Positions 24,327 through 36,196 of a stretch of DNA of 64,000 nucleotides are shown one piece after another. The DNA is taken from assembly GCA_977020255.1 (NCBI GenBank), contig CDROCS010000457.1, positions 372,001-436,000 of the forward strand, given 5' to 3'. The stretch is from Obrimoposthia wandeli (Eukaryota). Numbering within the stretch: the first letter of the stretch is position 1; every line of letters begins with the position of its first letter. A model generated the notes under the pieces. It had not been told where the DNA came from, made no database searches, and saw only the letters and a list, made by a program, of their open reading frames with translations. The translations under genes were made by a program, and so were the position numbers.

Positions 24327-27300
24327 TCAGACAATGACGGAGAGCTGAGCGAGGCGCGCGAGCAAACCAGCGGAGAGGCTGGTGGCAGCGTGTTGCTCCT
24401 CGTCAGATAGGTTATGGGAGCAGGTGGCCTGTCTGACGAGAGAGAGCATCTCGTGCACGTCAGGAGTGCGGCTCAGGCCGGTCTCGAGACGCAGCAGACG
24501 ATCCTCAGAAGTGATGAGAGCTCTGAGAGCGGTGACGGGAGCCACGAGGCGTGATCGCACAAGACTCACCAGCTCGTCCGCATCGCTAGCCTGCCAGACA
24601 CCCAACACGAAGATGAGGGTGCGACAGCTTGCCCAGTGCTGCTGCTGTCGGTGAAGACTGACCACTGCCTCGCGGAGTCGCGGCTCTGGGTCCGCCACCA
24701 GCATCAACCGCTGCGCCACGCGCTCCAGCAATTGCCCGCCGCCAGACCCCGTCTTGAGGGACCATGACAGCGCGGTAGCCAATCCTGAGTCGAGACCGCA
24801 CAACCAGTGTGCTGCACGACCCCGACTCACCTCGGCAGCCAGGTCTGTGTAACCTGACACTGAGCACCAAGCACGTACCTGCACAGACAAGACAAGTTTT
24901 ATAAATTTTCATTCCATAGAATTCAGAAAATGGAAAATTATTTTCCTAAGTCTGACTTCAACTTTAATGATTATTTTAACATTTAAATTCACGATGTCAA
25001 TTGCATAATACAACAAATCTTGCGAAAGTACACACATTTTTATTATTATGAATTGATTTCTGAATTATTCATTTACTAATACTTCTGTTCTCTTCAAAAG
25101 ATCATGACTAGAAAATGCATCTTTCCCAATTGTAACTCTAATTGCAGATCAGGAAGTCTCACCTGCTCTGCAACACGGTCGTTGGGGAAGTACATGTGCT
25201 CAACAATGTGCTTTACCATGGCACTGCCTCGCACCAAACAGTGGCGCATGTAGTTGAGACCCAGCATGGTCATCCCAGTGGCTGCCGCGTCTGCAAATGA
25301 ACACGCGTACTCCAGTATAAAGTGCTCCACCACGTGCCCCAACTCTTGCTCTGTCCATGTGGCATCTGAACAAACAGGAGACCAAACGTTAAACTTTCTT
25401 CAAACTGTCTTACTCAATCAATTTTCATGAAACTGGAGCAACTTTTAAAATATGTCATGTTAAATTGAAATGGAGTGCTCACCAAAGATCTGCGACTGAG
25501 AGAGAGGACTGGGAGATGGGCTTGTAAAGATGTGGGGATTTGTTCTCGCCACAATGTCGGTCAGATGGGCCAGCAGCCACCAATCGTGTGGGCTTCGACT
25601 CACTATGGCAATGAACTCGCCGTAGTCAAGACGAAACAGTGCAGAGACGGCTTGTTCGCTGATCTGCAACGAGAAATGGCCGTGTCACAGTGCATACTAC
25701 CACCACACTATAAAAACATCGTATGAACCTTGCACGAAAAAATCGTATTTGTATCTTTTTAAATATAAATTTATTAGAAATTAATTTTGGAATTGGATCC
25801 ATATGAATATTGTAATTTCAATTTGATATTCGATCGCTTGGTTTTTGATTTCTTCGACTTCAAGTGTGTCGTACAAAGCAAAGGAGTTGTTGCTAAGTAC
25901 AATTCCGCAAAGATAAAAATAAAATGTAGCGATTATATGAACTATTTAAAAAGTTTCTGATTTTCAGTCCCGTATATACCCACAGAACATACTCCAAAAC
26001 ATCGATTTATCAAATGCCAAATTTGGGGTGCGTCTTATCTGTGAGGCATAAATTATTATTTGATATACTTTCTAAAGTAGGGTGTGTACTAGGCGCGGGA
26101 GCACCTAATCTGGGGGTAAATAGAGTAGATATATTGTTAATTAATTTAGATTAATCTACTATTGTAAATAGTTGAATAAAACATGTAATTGATATCTTAA
26201 ATTCATATTTCTAAAACACTTTTCTAAAATAATATCTCCTTGTTCTATACATGATAAAATTATCAAACAAATGAGAAAAAACTGAATTTGTTTAACAAGA
26301 TGCTAAAGGACAGTTTTGTAATAGGATGTAACTGTTAAACGCCCGAGTAAGGTTTACTCAAAAACTACTTGCGTGTGAGATTTTCACGCCGTGTAAAAAT
26401 TATTTGTTTTTATATTGCATCTAGAAATGTCTTCACCTACCACATGTGTATCATCTTCACATAAGTCCTGGGGCTGGAACTTGTGCTCGAAGCTCTTCTT
26501 GAATTGCTTGGATATAGAAGGCAAATCCTTGAGAGTGATCAAAGGATTCGAGTAGAAGATGAATGGCACCATTGCGTAGTACCAGCTGTGCTCAATGATG
26601 CCCATAATGGTCGGCTCGCTAAATACTTCTCGTTCTCCCAAGAAGAGGCGCACCAGCAATTCAAGCTCCGGATAAGGAGTGAGAATGTGACTCTCCTTCA
26701 GATATATTCTCACTTGACTTTGCCAATGAGACCAGAGGATCTTGAACTCCACAGGGTCTGAAGCGAGGAAGACCAGTTTCACAGTCTCATGACACCAAGC
26801 TTCGATATTTCAATTGGTCAATTATTATTTGACATTTGATTAGAATTTCAAATATCCAGTATTTCTCTTTATATCCGAAGAATTGAAGTTGTAATATAAG
26901 CAAATTTAAGTAGTTCGTTTAATTCAAGTAATCATCATAACAATAAGGTTCTATGAAGCTTACTCTTGTGCTGGTCGACAGCAAACAATGGCATTGCTTC
27001 GAGGACGTCTCTGAAAGTGCGTAGTGCCTGACCATTGGCGCACGAGTGATACAAGAGTAGGCTGCTTAGCTCCGTTTTGCGGGCCTGCATACCCAGACCT
27101 AGCACTGTGGGCCAGAAGTACTTGTGCTGCTCAAGATCTCTAGACTCTGTCATCTGGCCATATTCGTTCACAAGGACCTGATAGCACAGGGACACATTTG
27201 GCTGCTGCAGGTTCAACCAGTTCTGCAACTCTGCGGCAACGAATCCGGTTGACAGTGGCTGCATTCAAATACGTTTAGTAAATATACCACCCTTATACAA

Positions 27301-28299
27301 GCACTTAGCCGTGAGATTATGTCGATGTATCCAATATGTATACTCTCGTATTCATTTACACTGGAAATGCAAAAATGTCAGAGAATAAAAGAAAACTGAA
27401 CTAATGTGAAATGGAACCATTTATTTACTTCAACAATCAAATAACATGGGAAATAGTGGTTAGTTTCAAAACTTATCAACCTGAAATTGAGTACCCAGTA
27501 CATAATTGTATGCTTAACATGTCAAACCAAATTTTAGTAATATCGCAGAATTGATATTAAATTTACTATCAATCGTATATATAACGATATACGGAGAAAT
27601 TTTAATATCTTAAAATTAAATCAAATAAAGAATATAATAAAAGCATTGAATAATTCTTGAAAAATATAATAAAATTCTTATTGTAGACAGTCAAATTTAA
27701 TGTATTATAAAAAAATATTTAAACTTATTTCTGCACAGGTTTGTCTAACTAACCTTAGCGAACAAAATTTCAGTAAGATGCCATAGCATTTGATAGTCTT
27801 TAATAAGATTGAATCTTGAAGCCAAAAATGCCTTTAACTCGCTCGTCTCAATATCATCTTCGCATTTGTCAAGATCTAGACTTGAAATAATATAATACAT
27901 CAAAACTATCAAACCTAGTATCAATTGATCTTCACATTCAGTTAGTATAGCTCTATATTCCCGACTTTTGGTTAGAATTCTAAAAGAAACCTTTTAATAT
28001 TTTAAAATACTTTGAAATATACAATTCTATATCTAATTCTTTTGAATTTTGAATACTTTCAAACACATCTAAAAATATTTGTCAAGAAAAAAGAGAATAG
28101 TATTACGATATGACTGGACAGCAAGATATCTAATTATATGATGTTCCATAGGATTTGTCCACTTAACTATATGTAATTTAGTTGTAGCTTCTGATATATT
28201 TGATGTAAATACATCATTGTATGTAACTACTTCATTTAAATTTCTCCATGAAACCCTTAAATGAGTATCGGAGCATTGTACGCTTAAAGCTTGCATCAT
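24327..28299 (-). CDS. NUP85: Nucleoporin Nup85, 9 exons
   Basis: Phase-compatible GT-AG exons: 28299-28107, 28068-~28010, ~27979-27916, ~27876-27757, 27261-~26952, ~26758-26437, ~25663-25482, ~25368-25163, ~24881-24327. Motifs LWHLTEILF, FWPTV, WSHWQ, FYSNP, WWLLAHLTD, FILEYA and LATALSWS parallel recalled human Nup85 (IWNLCEILF, FWNLV, WQHWH, LYSNP, WWFVAHLTD, LLLEYA, LGSALSWS). Confidence 0.92.
25969..26127. mobile_element. Degenerate pogo/Tigger-type MITE in a Nup85 intron
   Basis: CCGTATATACCC start, internal GGGGTGCGTCTTAT, end GGGGTAAATAGAG-TA. Confidence 0.4.
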
Positions 28300-31229
28300 A
28301 AACTTATTAGTTAGTTGTAAATGCAAGGCCAGAAGAATAACAGATTAATAATTAAATATTGCATATGACATAATTACAATAATATAATATAATTTTATGT
28401 CGATATAAAACACTTTTAGATTAAATTATGCACATAAATAATATATGCAAACAGATAAACTTGATGCAAAATTTTTCTTTCATATGAAATAATTAAAACT
28501 TTTAAAAATTAATATATCATTTAAGAACTTGGAAATTTAATAAAATATGAAAAATATTGTATTTCCATAAAAACGCTTATCTGTATAAAATGTTGTAAAA
28601 GCTTGAATCAATTTATAAATATTAAAAATAAAATACACATTGAAATATTTAAATATAAAAGTTTTGTAAAGTCGTTCATATATTTTTGTCGATTCAATTC
28701 CACTTTAAAATACTATTTTTTTCTATCTTATAATAATTTTTTAAATAATAAAAATTCTAGTGATAAAAAATCATAAACATTTTATTATTAATTTTAAAAT
28801 TACTTAATATTCTTAGTTAAAAGACGAATACATCTAATCAAACAACCAAAAAATATATATTATTTACACTTATTATCTTCTCAATTTTTATAACTATTAT
28901 GTTATAAATCTAAAATGTTAGACAAATCTAATATTAATAAAAATTAACTAATTTGATATAAATAAAAATATCATTAAAAAGGGAATATTTTATAAAGTGG
29001 GCTGAAAATAACTATATGAAAAATCATTAAAAAATATAGAAATATATATGATATGACTTTTTGAATCACAATAGGATTTAAGGTTAAAAAGTATCTTTCA
29101 GAAATGAAAAGTCTCTAAAATTTGAAAACCACGAAAAAACAACAATAATTAAAATCTTTGTGATAAAGAAATAGTATTTTTTAACTATTTTTAGAAACAT
29201 TTCTTATACAAACTAAATGAATCGTAATGAATTGAATATTTTATATATAATTAAAACATGTTTCTTCTTTAATGTAACCTTGAACGGGAAAGATCAAATT
29301 ATTATCAGATTGAAATTTTATAAAAGATTTTGTTATTATTTAAACACTATAAATTTAGAAAATATAAATTAATTTAAATAAATATTTTTCAGATAATAAT
29401 TTTAACTCATTTGTTCCTAATGATATGCAATTGTCAACCACAATTAAAACACCACAATCAAGATGTAGACATTAATATATTTGTTTAAAAAATATATTAT
29501 AAGAATGCATAGTGAAAACTAAGATAAAAATATTTTTCTGTTTAAACTCAGTCACAAAGAAAGATTTAAACGAAATTATCAAGGATATACATTATAAATT
29601 ATTTTATGCTAATATATTATAAAAGTCTTTTTTATAATAACTAAAGTATTAATGTCCTGATATTTTGTTCTTTTATATCTTTGGGTCTAGACTTATTGCA
29701 CATCATATAAAGGCTTCTAGATGGTTTTCTTAAAGGTATGGAAATTGAATATAATTACTACACTTTTTATTTTCAAATCGGAAAGTTAAACGACTTAGGA
29801 CAAAAGCTTATTGTATATAATCATTTTTAACTATAATTCAACGTAGGACAAAACATAATAATTTAATAAAAAGCAACTTAGGATAAAATAACACAAATTT
29901 ATTTAAAATTATGAATACAAAGTTCCCTTGTTAGTAGAAATGTAAATTCGTACGTAAGATCTAACCTATGTACATACTTTTAAACGACTTCTGGTATCTT
30001 TGACTTACTATATATTAATCTAAATATAACAAAAATCGCTGAAAATGATCTAAAATCCAAATTATCCTTCAGAATTTCCCTGGTTCTTAAATATACATAC
30101 TAAATTTATAAAGTACATCATAAAATCTATTGAATATCACAGAATATCCTTTTATTCACCTCATAATATGTATCATTCTAAAAAATTCACTGTAAATTTT
30201 ACCAAAATCATTGTAAATAACCGTAAAATTGCTGAAAATAAATTAAAATCTAACATTTTACACCCAAAATTTACATTATTCTGAAACATACACAGTAAAT
30301 CTATCCTAAAATCCATTAAAATAAATCCAAAATCGATCATATATTGTAGGAGACCGGGAATTAACAAGTTATGCAGATAAAGATTTTTATTATCGATTTC
30401 CAATTATTGTTAAAATCATTATAATAACCATAATGAAACAATATAGCATGCACACACATACTGCAGGGAAATTCAGATAATCGGATTTACAATCTGCCGA
30501 TTCGTTGACTCAGTGGAATAAAAGGGCAGTTTCATCAATCAGAAATTCAAAAGTAAGAAGAGAGTTACTGTAGGAGAAGAAATCTTGAAACTAGACGATC
30601 GAACAGCAACTGGATCAAGACCATATAGAGGACGGTCATTCCTAAAGGACTTTCTGGATAGAACAATAAGTCAAGCGAGGACGCAACCCGACGAAGGAAT
30701 GCAACAAGCCAGAGGACAACAAAACAATTACCCAGACTATTGGCTACATGGCAAGCAATTTGTTTTTCTATTTTAATATTCGTAATTCATTTTAAATTAA
30801 TATTCTAAATTATAGTTTTAAAATATATTAATATTCGACCCACAGTAGTCCAATTTTGTTGATATAAAATCTGGGTAAAATCGGGATTAGACTGAACCAG
30901 GTCGCATCCTTTTTTAACTTCTAACCCCTTTCTGTCGAGATAAAATCAGCCTATAACGGCATTAAATTCATAGAACCACACACATCTGGATTAATGAACA
31001 CATTCGAACTAGTATTGTTAACGTTTTCATTTTGAATTTGTATCAACGTGTTAATTTGATTACCACTTTTTATATTTGTTGTATTAATAAAGTATTATTC
31101 GACTAAAGATTTTTTAAAGGTAAACATAGACAATTAAACTATGAAGAATAGCCCACACTGATAGCCGAAAACAAACTTAAACTAGCCCTACCATTTTCAA
31201 CCTACACATTCATATTCTAGAGAATCAAT

Positions 31230-31930
31230 CATGCACCAGAGGCTTCCTTAAGAAGTACTTCAACTCTGGTACCAACAATTAAGATGGCATTCGATACATT
31301 TTCGTTGTAATTGTGTGGATAGTACAATTCGTTTGATTCCTCGGTTTGTTGTGTCATACCATATATTTTTGTGTTTGCTGAACTTGAATGTATTGTGTCA
31401 GAATTGTGTCAAAGTGTCTTCTTAATTGTTTTTGATTTCTTCATCGGTAAACAGAGGGTCGAATGTTATGGTGTTGGTATGTTCAATTCGTGATAGAGTG
31501 TCTGACACTATGTTTGCATTGCCTGATATATATTTGATCGTAAAGTTAAATTGTAAATTATATTTTATTTGTCTGATTTGGCGTGGTGAGGGCGTTTTCA
31601 TAGTGATTATTTGTAGAAGCGATTTGTGATCTATGTATAATGTGAATGTGTTGTCTTCTAAGCATGTCTCGAAATGTTTGATGGTGTTGTATATTGCCAG
31701 TTGTTTCGTGTCGAAGGTCGAATACTTAATTTGATGTTACTTTTTTTTTCATTTTAAAAGAAAGAGATTGGTGTAGGTGTGTTTTCAGTCGTTTGATCTA
31801 GTTCTGCTCATATGACATGGTTTGATGCGTCTGTGGTGAGTGTGAGTTGGCGCCCGGGATCGGGAAATATAGTGTTGTTGCGCCTGAGAGTGTGTTTTTC
31901 ACATTCTAATGTGCTTTATTTATACAATAT
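31230..31930 (-). mobile_element. Decayed Ty3/gypsy pol fragment (RNase H to integrase zinc finger)
   Basis: FPDPGRQLTLTTDASNH; YSTFDTKQLAIY; TLYIDHKSL; IKYISGNANIVSDTLSR. Confidence 0.85.
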
Positions 31931-33550
31931 AAGTCACAGCCACATTAAAAAAAAATTCACAATTTTCTTTTCTAATCTTTATTATTTTATTAGTTTTTTG
32001 TAATTATTTGACAATCATTCGTTTTCTATAAATACCCGAATTAATTTATTCTAATACTCACTTGTGTGTACTAACACATCTGTAAATGTCTTGATTTGAT
32101 TCCTAACCAATGAAACCCCGATAAAAGGAAACAGTTTGCTTAGTTAATTGAATTTCGTTTTTATCAGAGTTTTACTGTACTTTCAAAATGTTTTCCAAAG
32201 TAATGCCTGATAATATAGGTACTACTTGAGGTTTTGGTTTCATATTGATGTTATTTCCTTATTCAATCTTCTGTTTTGAGAACCGAGTATGCAATTTGCA
32301 AACAAAATACATGAAGTCCTTGAGTAGTATGGTTAGTCCGTTCCTATGATATACTGTATTAGGCAAAACTGCTCTCATTGAAACGTATTTTACTATCTAA
32401 ACCAATGTAAAATAAAATAAATTGCTTCTAAAAATATTAAAAATAGGTAATAATATTAAAAATTCAAATAATAATAAAAACTAACAAATAATATATTTAT
32501 TTTGAGAAATACTTCCACAAAGTTATTTGCACTGTTTATATAAATGGATCAATGGATAAAATTTATTAAAATGTAAAAATCAAATTGTGTTTGAATTATC
32601 GATCAGGATCAGATTGTTAATAGTGGGAATTTCACTTTGTATAATATTTTTTCAAAGAATAAAATAATATCATTCTGTTTTTCACTGTAGACAAATATGC
32701 AGAGGGAGTCCGAAAAATCGGATGGGAAAAGAAAACAACAGGCGTACAGATAAAATGCTCAAACCGGGAACAAACAACCACAAACACACACACGATCAGT
32801 GTCCCGATTTCTAGAAGTGTATCTGGTATTGTACTTGACATCCTCTTTATCATCCTTAGAGGAAGGCCGACCACATATATGACGACCGGTATATGAAATA
32901 AACAACGGCTGTCGTGAGGAAACGACAGTAGTTAGCAATTCGGGGACGAGAAGAAGATACGATAGGAGATTTAACTGCGATAGGGAGAAGTATAAGGAGA
33001 CTTCGTTTGCCAGAAAGAGAGAGAAGAAAACCAGAAAAAAGACCACGGCATCTCTCAGTGACAGAGGATGGCAGCGATTGCCAACTCGAACTGAACAGGC
33101 CACGTCGTAGTGCTACCTATCCTGATCAAAACTCGTCCAGGATAAGTAAAATTTTCTCGATTGCAGATCGAAGTGAGTTAAACGGGTCACTCGATCTGTG
33201 ATTGAGTCTTCTTAACTGAATTGTCATTTTTTCCATTATTATACTTGGCTTCGCTGAAAACTTTACTGCAAAGTCAGGGATAACAATTCGTCCTTCTGAC
33301 AAGGCCATGATAAGCCGAAACAATTGAAAAACTCTCGAGGATTCCAGATTTTAAACTGAAATACCTGTTTCTTAATTAAAGTTTTAATACTTAACTATTT
33401 GTTAATTAGATAATAAAAATCGTAATTATTGTTATTTTCAATCAAACCGTATCTACAAGGATTTACTGTAATTAAAAAATTATTGATTACCATTTTCATA
33501 TTTATTATTCAAATTACTAATTTAAAATTTAAATAAGTTAAAATTTAAAT

Positions 33551-33642
33551 TAGTATGCTTTGATTAGTTCGGTTTTTGCTATATTACTATATTTTTTTAA
33601 ATACTGTAATATAGCAAAAATTGAACTAATCAAAGCATACTA
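33551..33642. repeat. 92-nt inverted repeat (37-bp arms), miniature MITE or hairpin RNA
   Basis: Arms 33551-33587 and 33606-33642 are complementary except a GG/TT pair (G:U-compatible on the + strand); both ends read TA. Confidence 0.9.
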
Positions 33643-33889
33643 TTCAAGGACTTACAGTACTGTATTTTAACCGTTTTTAATCATGTGGTTAATGGAAAAT
33701 ATTTCCTTGTAAAATTTAAACACGTTTGAAAATTGACGTTACTGAAATTTTTGTGGAGCTGAGATCCAGTTTATTTCAACAAAACAATACGTTTGTAAAA
33801 TGTATAATAATATTAAAGAAGATTTATGTTCGTGCATTTTAAATTCAAAATTTGTTTAAAAATATCTGTTCATTTCACTTAATTAGCAA

Positions 33890-34705
33890 ATGGGAAATAA
33901 TAGTGCCAAAAAATTCTTAAAGTCAGACCAATATGAAGTTTGTGATACATTTTATGAAAATACCCACAAAATTATTTACATTGCATTTGATCACTTAAAC
34001 GATCGTAAAGTTTTAATAAAAGGGTTTCATGAGCCAAAATTAATTAAAACCGAGATTAACAGACAATCCAACAATGAATATAATATGTTATTAAGTGCAC
34101 AAACTTGTAATTTTGTGCCTCGTTTATATGCTCAGTTCGAGGAAGGGGAATTTAATTACATTGTCATGGAATACTTTTCAGAAGATGATGGCTGGTTTAA
34201 TCTTACCAAATACACTTTTACCAAGGATGTCGATCCCCGTACCGTCAGACGAATTATGCGAAAAGTGATTTATATCATAGATAGTTTAGCTGAATTTGGC
34301 ATAATTTACCTGGACATTAAACCTGACAACTTTCTATTTAACATTCATCTAAGAAAGGTAGCAATTTTGGATTTTGAAGATTCCTTTCATATCGATAAAC
34401 CCGGAAACTTAGAGCTCATAGGCACCTATGGATTTCGAGCCCCGGAAGTTATTGGAAATAAAATTAATATTAATTTCAAAACTGCACAGGTGTTTTCAAT
34501 TTCTGTTTTAATTTATTTCTGTATGTCTGCGGAGTATTTATTTGAAATTGACGAAGAAACCATACACAAAGAAATAAAGGATGGACTGAAAAGAATGCCT
34601 CAACTGCTCCAAGATTTACTGGAAAAATCTCTACTAAAGGACGAAACTAAACGATTAACATATCAAGACTTTGCTGCACATCAATGGTTCAAATGCCTCA
34701 ACTGA
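33890..34705 (+). CDS. Intronless Pim-like Ser/Thr protein kinase (atypical motifs), 271 aa
   Basis: MGNNSAK start, VLIK, YLDIKPDN, DFEDS, GTYGFRAPE, AQVFSIS, HQWF; uninterrupted ORF. Confidence 0.9.
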   Translation: MGNNSAKKFLKSDQYEVCDTFYENTHKIIYIAFDHLNDRKVLIKGFHEPKLIKTEINRQSNNEYNMLLSAQTCNFVPRLYAQFEEGEFNYIVMEYFSEDDGWFNLTKYTFTKDVDPRTVRRIMRKVIYIIDSLAEFGIIYLDIKPDNFLFNIHLRKVAILDFEDSFHIDKPGNLELIGTYGFRAPEVIGNKININFKTAQVFSISVLIYFCMSAEYLFEIDEETIHKEIKDGLKRMPQLLQDLLEKSLLKDETKRLTYQDFAAHQWFKCLN

Positions 34706-35404
34706 ATATATTTTTTAAAAATATATGTAAAATTTATTTAACTTATGTTTTCTTCAACTATTCCTTTAACTACTTAGATTCCTGTATAAATTGATACACT
34801 GGCAAAGTTTATGAAAATAAAAATATCAGTAGAAAAATCTGTACCAATCTTAGATTTAGAATTTTGTGACCATTGTCTGCATTACATCAAATTATGTTTT
34901 TTTATTAATCTAAAATGCCATATTAATTATATTTGCTTAATTTTATAAGTAACATATTTCTTTTACTAAGAATTGTCTCTAATAATAATAAAATGTAAAA
35001 CTCATAACTATAAAATGTTTTATCTTTTAAAAATGCTACCCTACACTAAATGTAAAATGCTAAACACTGACTTTTCATATGTCCCAAAATCGATTCTCAA
35101 ATTAAACAAATAAAATCAAAAGTTTTTAAAAAACATAATCTGACAGAACAAAGTAAAGAAAAATAAGTGAAAGTGAACACATGAAGATAATTTCGCCAAA
35201 GTCAATGTAGAATGATACAATTCTGTTGAATGAAACTGTGCTCATAAAATAAATAGTTTATATCAATTTCGCAGAAATTTTTGACTTTATTATTGATTTA
35301 CATTGGCCAAATTTTCAAAATGTTAGTAACTTCACCTAATCACAAAACTTATCTACCGTTTTTTAAAGCTTTCTGAAAAAAATGTTTTAAATATATTTAT
35401 TACA

Positions 35405-36196
35405 TCAACAAAACCATGGATGATCCAGCAACTTCTCATAGGGTATTCTATCTTCGGGATTCGGTTTATGGCACCTCAACAACATATCTTGAAGATCTTC
35501 TGAGCATTCTTGTTTCAGTAGAATCTTCTCCCAATTCTCATTTAGTGCCGACAAACCTGTGAAGCAAGTAAATGCAAGGCTACCAATACCATAGACTTGA
35601 GCTTTGGCCACACAAATACGATCCTCTGTCCAGAGTAGTTCGGGACTTCGGTAACCTATCGAACCAAATTTTCGAAATTTATGGAGTTCCTGGATGAAAA
35701 AGGCGTCCTCGAAATCAATTAGTTGTATTTCCAAACTGTTCCTGTTGATCATCACATTTTCCGGCTTTATATCCAGATACATCACTCCGTAAGACAGACG
35801 TAAAATGGCATAGGACCCTATCAGTTGACGAACAATAAACTTCAACTCGATCTCGGACAGAGATTTTCTCTCCAAAATGTACTCCAACAAATTTGACCAC
35901 TTAGTGAAACTATAGCTCTCTATAATCATATAGTCCCAGTTATTCTCTTGAAACGTCTCCAACACAGCCGGAGTTAGATTCAGATGGTGCAAATATCGCA
36001 GAAAAAATTCCTCTCTTACCCACTTATCTCCATTTGAATCTCGAAAGGAATGGCTGATATTCTTTTTGGAGCATTTTATCACTACTTCATTGTTAGTATA
36101 CTTTTCTTGAGCGAGCTTTAGTTCCCTGTTTTTACTTTTATACTGAAAATTCTTAACAACTTCATATTTACTCAATTTGCTGGTTTGAGAGCCCAT
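35405..36196 (-). CDS. Intronless Pim-like Ser/Thr protein kinase (atypical motifs), 263 aa from first ATG
   Basis: ATG at 36196 gives MGSQTSK; VVIK, YLDIKPEN, DFEDA, GSIGYRSPE, AQVYGIG, DRIPYEKLLDHPWF; AATAAA just after the stop. Confidence 0.9.
   Translation of the reverse strand: MGSQTSKLSKYEVVKNFQYKSKNRELKLAQEKYTNNEVVIKCSKKNISHSFRDSNGDKWVREEFFLRYLHHLNLTPAVLETFQENNWDYMIIESYSFTKWSNLLEYILERKSLSEIELKFIVRQLIGSYAILRLSYGVMYLDIKPENVMINRNSLEIQLIDFEDAFFIQELHKFRKFGSIGYRSPELLWTEDRICVAKAQVYGIGSLAFTCFTGLSALNENWEKILLKQECSEDLQDMLLRCHKPNPEDRIPYEKLLDHPWFC

Noticed and set aside
24382-24912. Overlapping ORFs at Nup85 exon 9 (similar cases at 9640-10220, 42926-43266, 52834-53031, 56089-56271)
   Set aside because: Alternative-frame or antisense ORFs expected from GC-rich exons poor in stop codons.
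32759-33323. Minus-strand ORFs with a hydrophobic stretch
   Set aside because: Hydrophobicity follows from the purine-rich opposite strand; no conserved motif or splice logic.
20481-36196. Calling the kinases pseudokinases or retrocopies
   Set aside because: Catalytic Lys, Glu, Asp, Asn and Mg-binding Asp are retained; no poly(A) tails or TSDs are visible.
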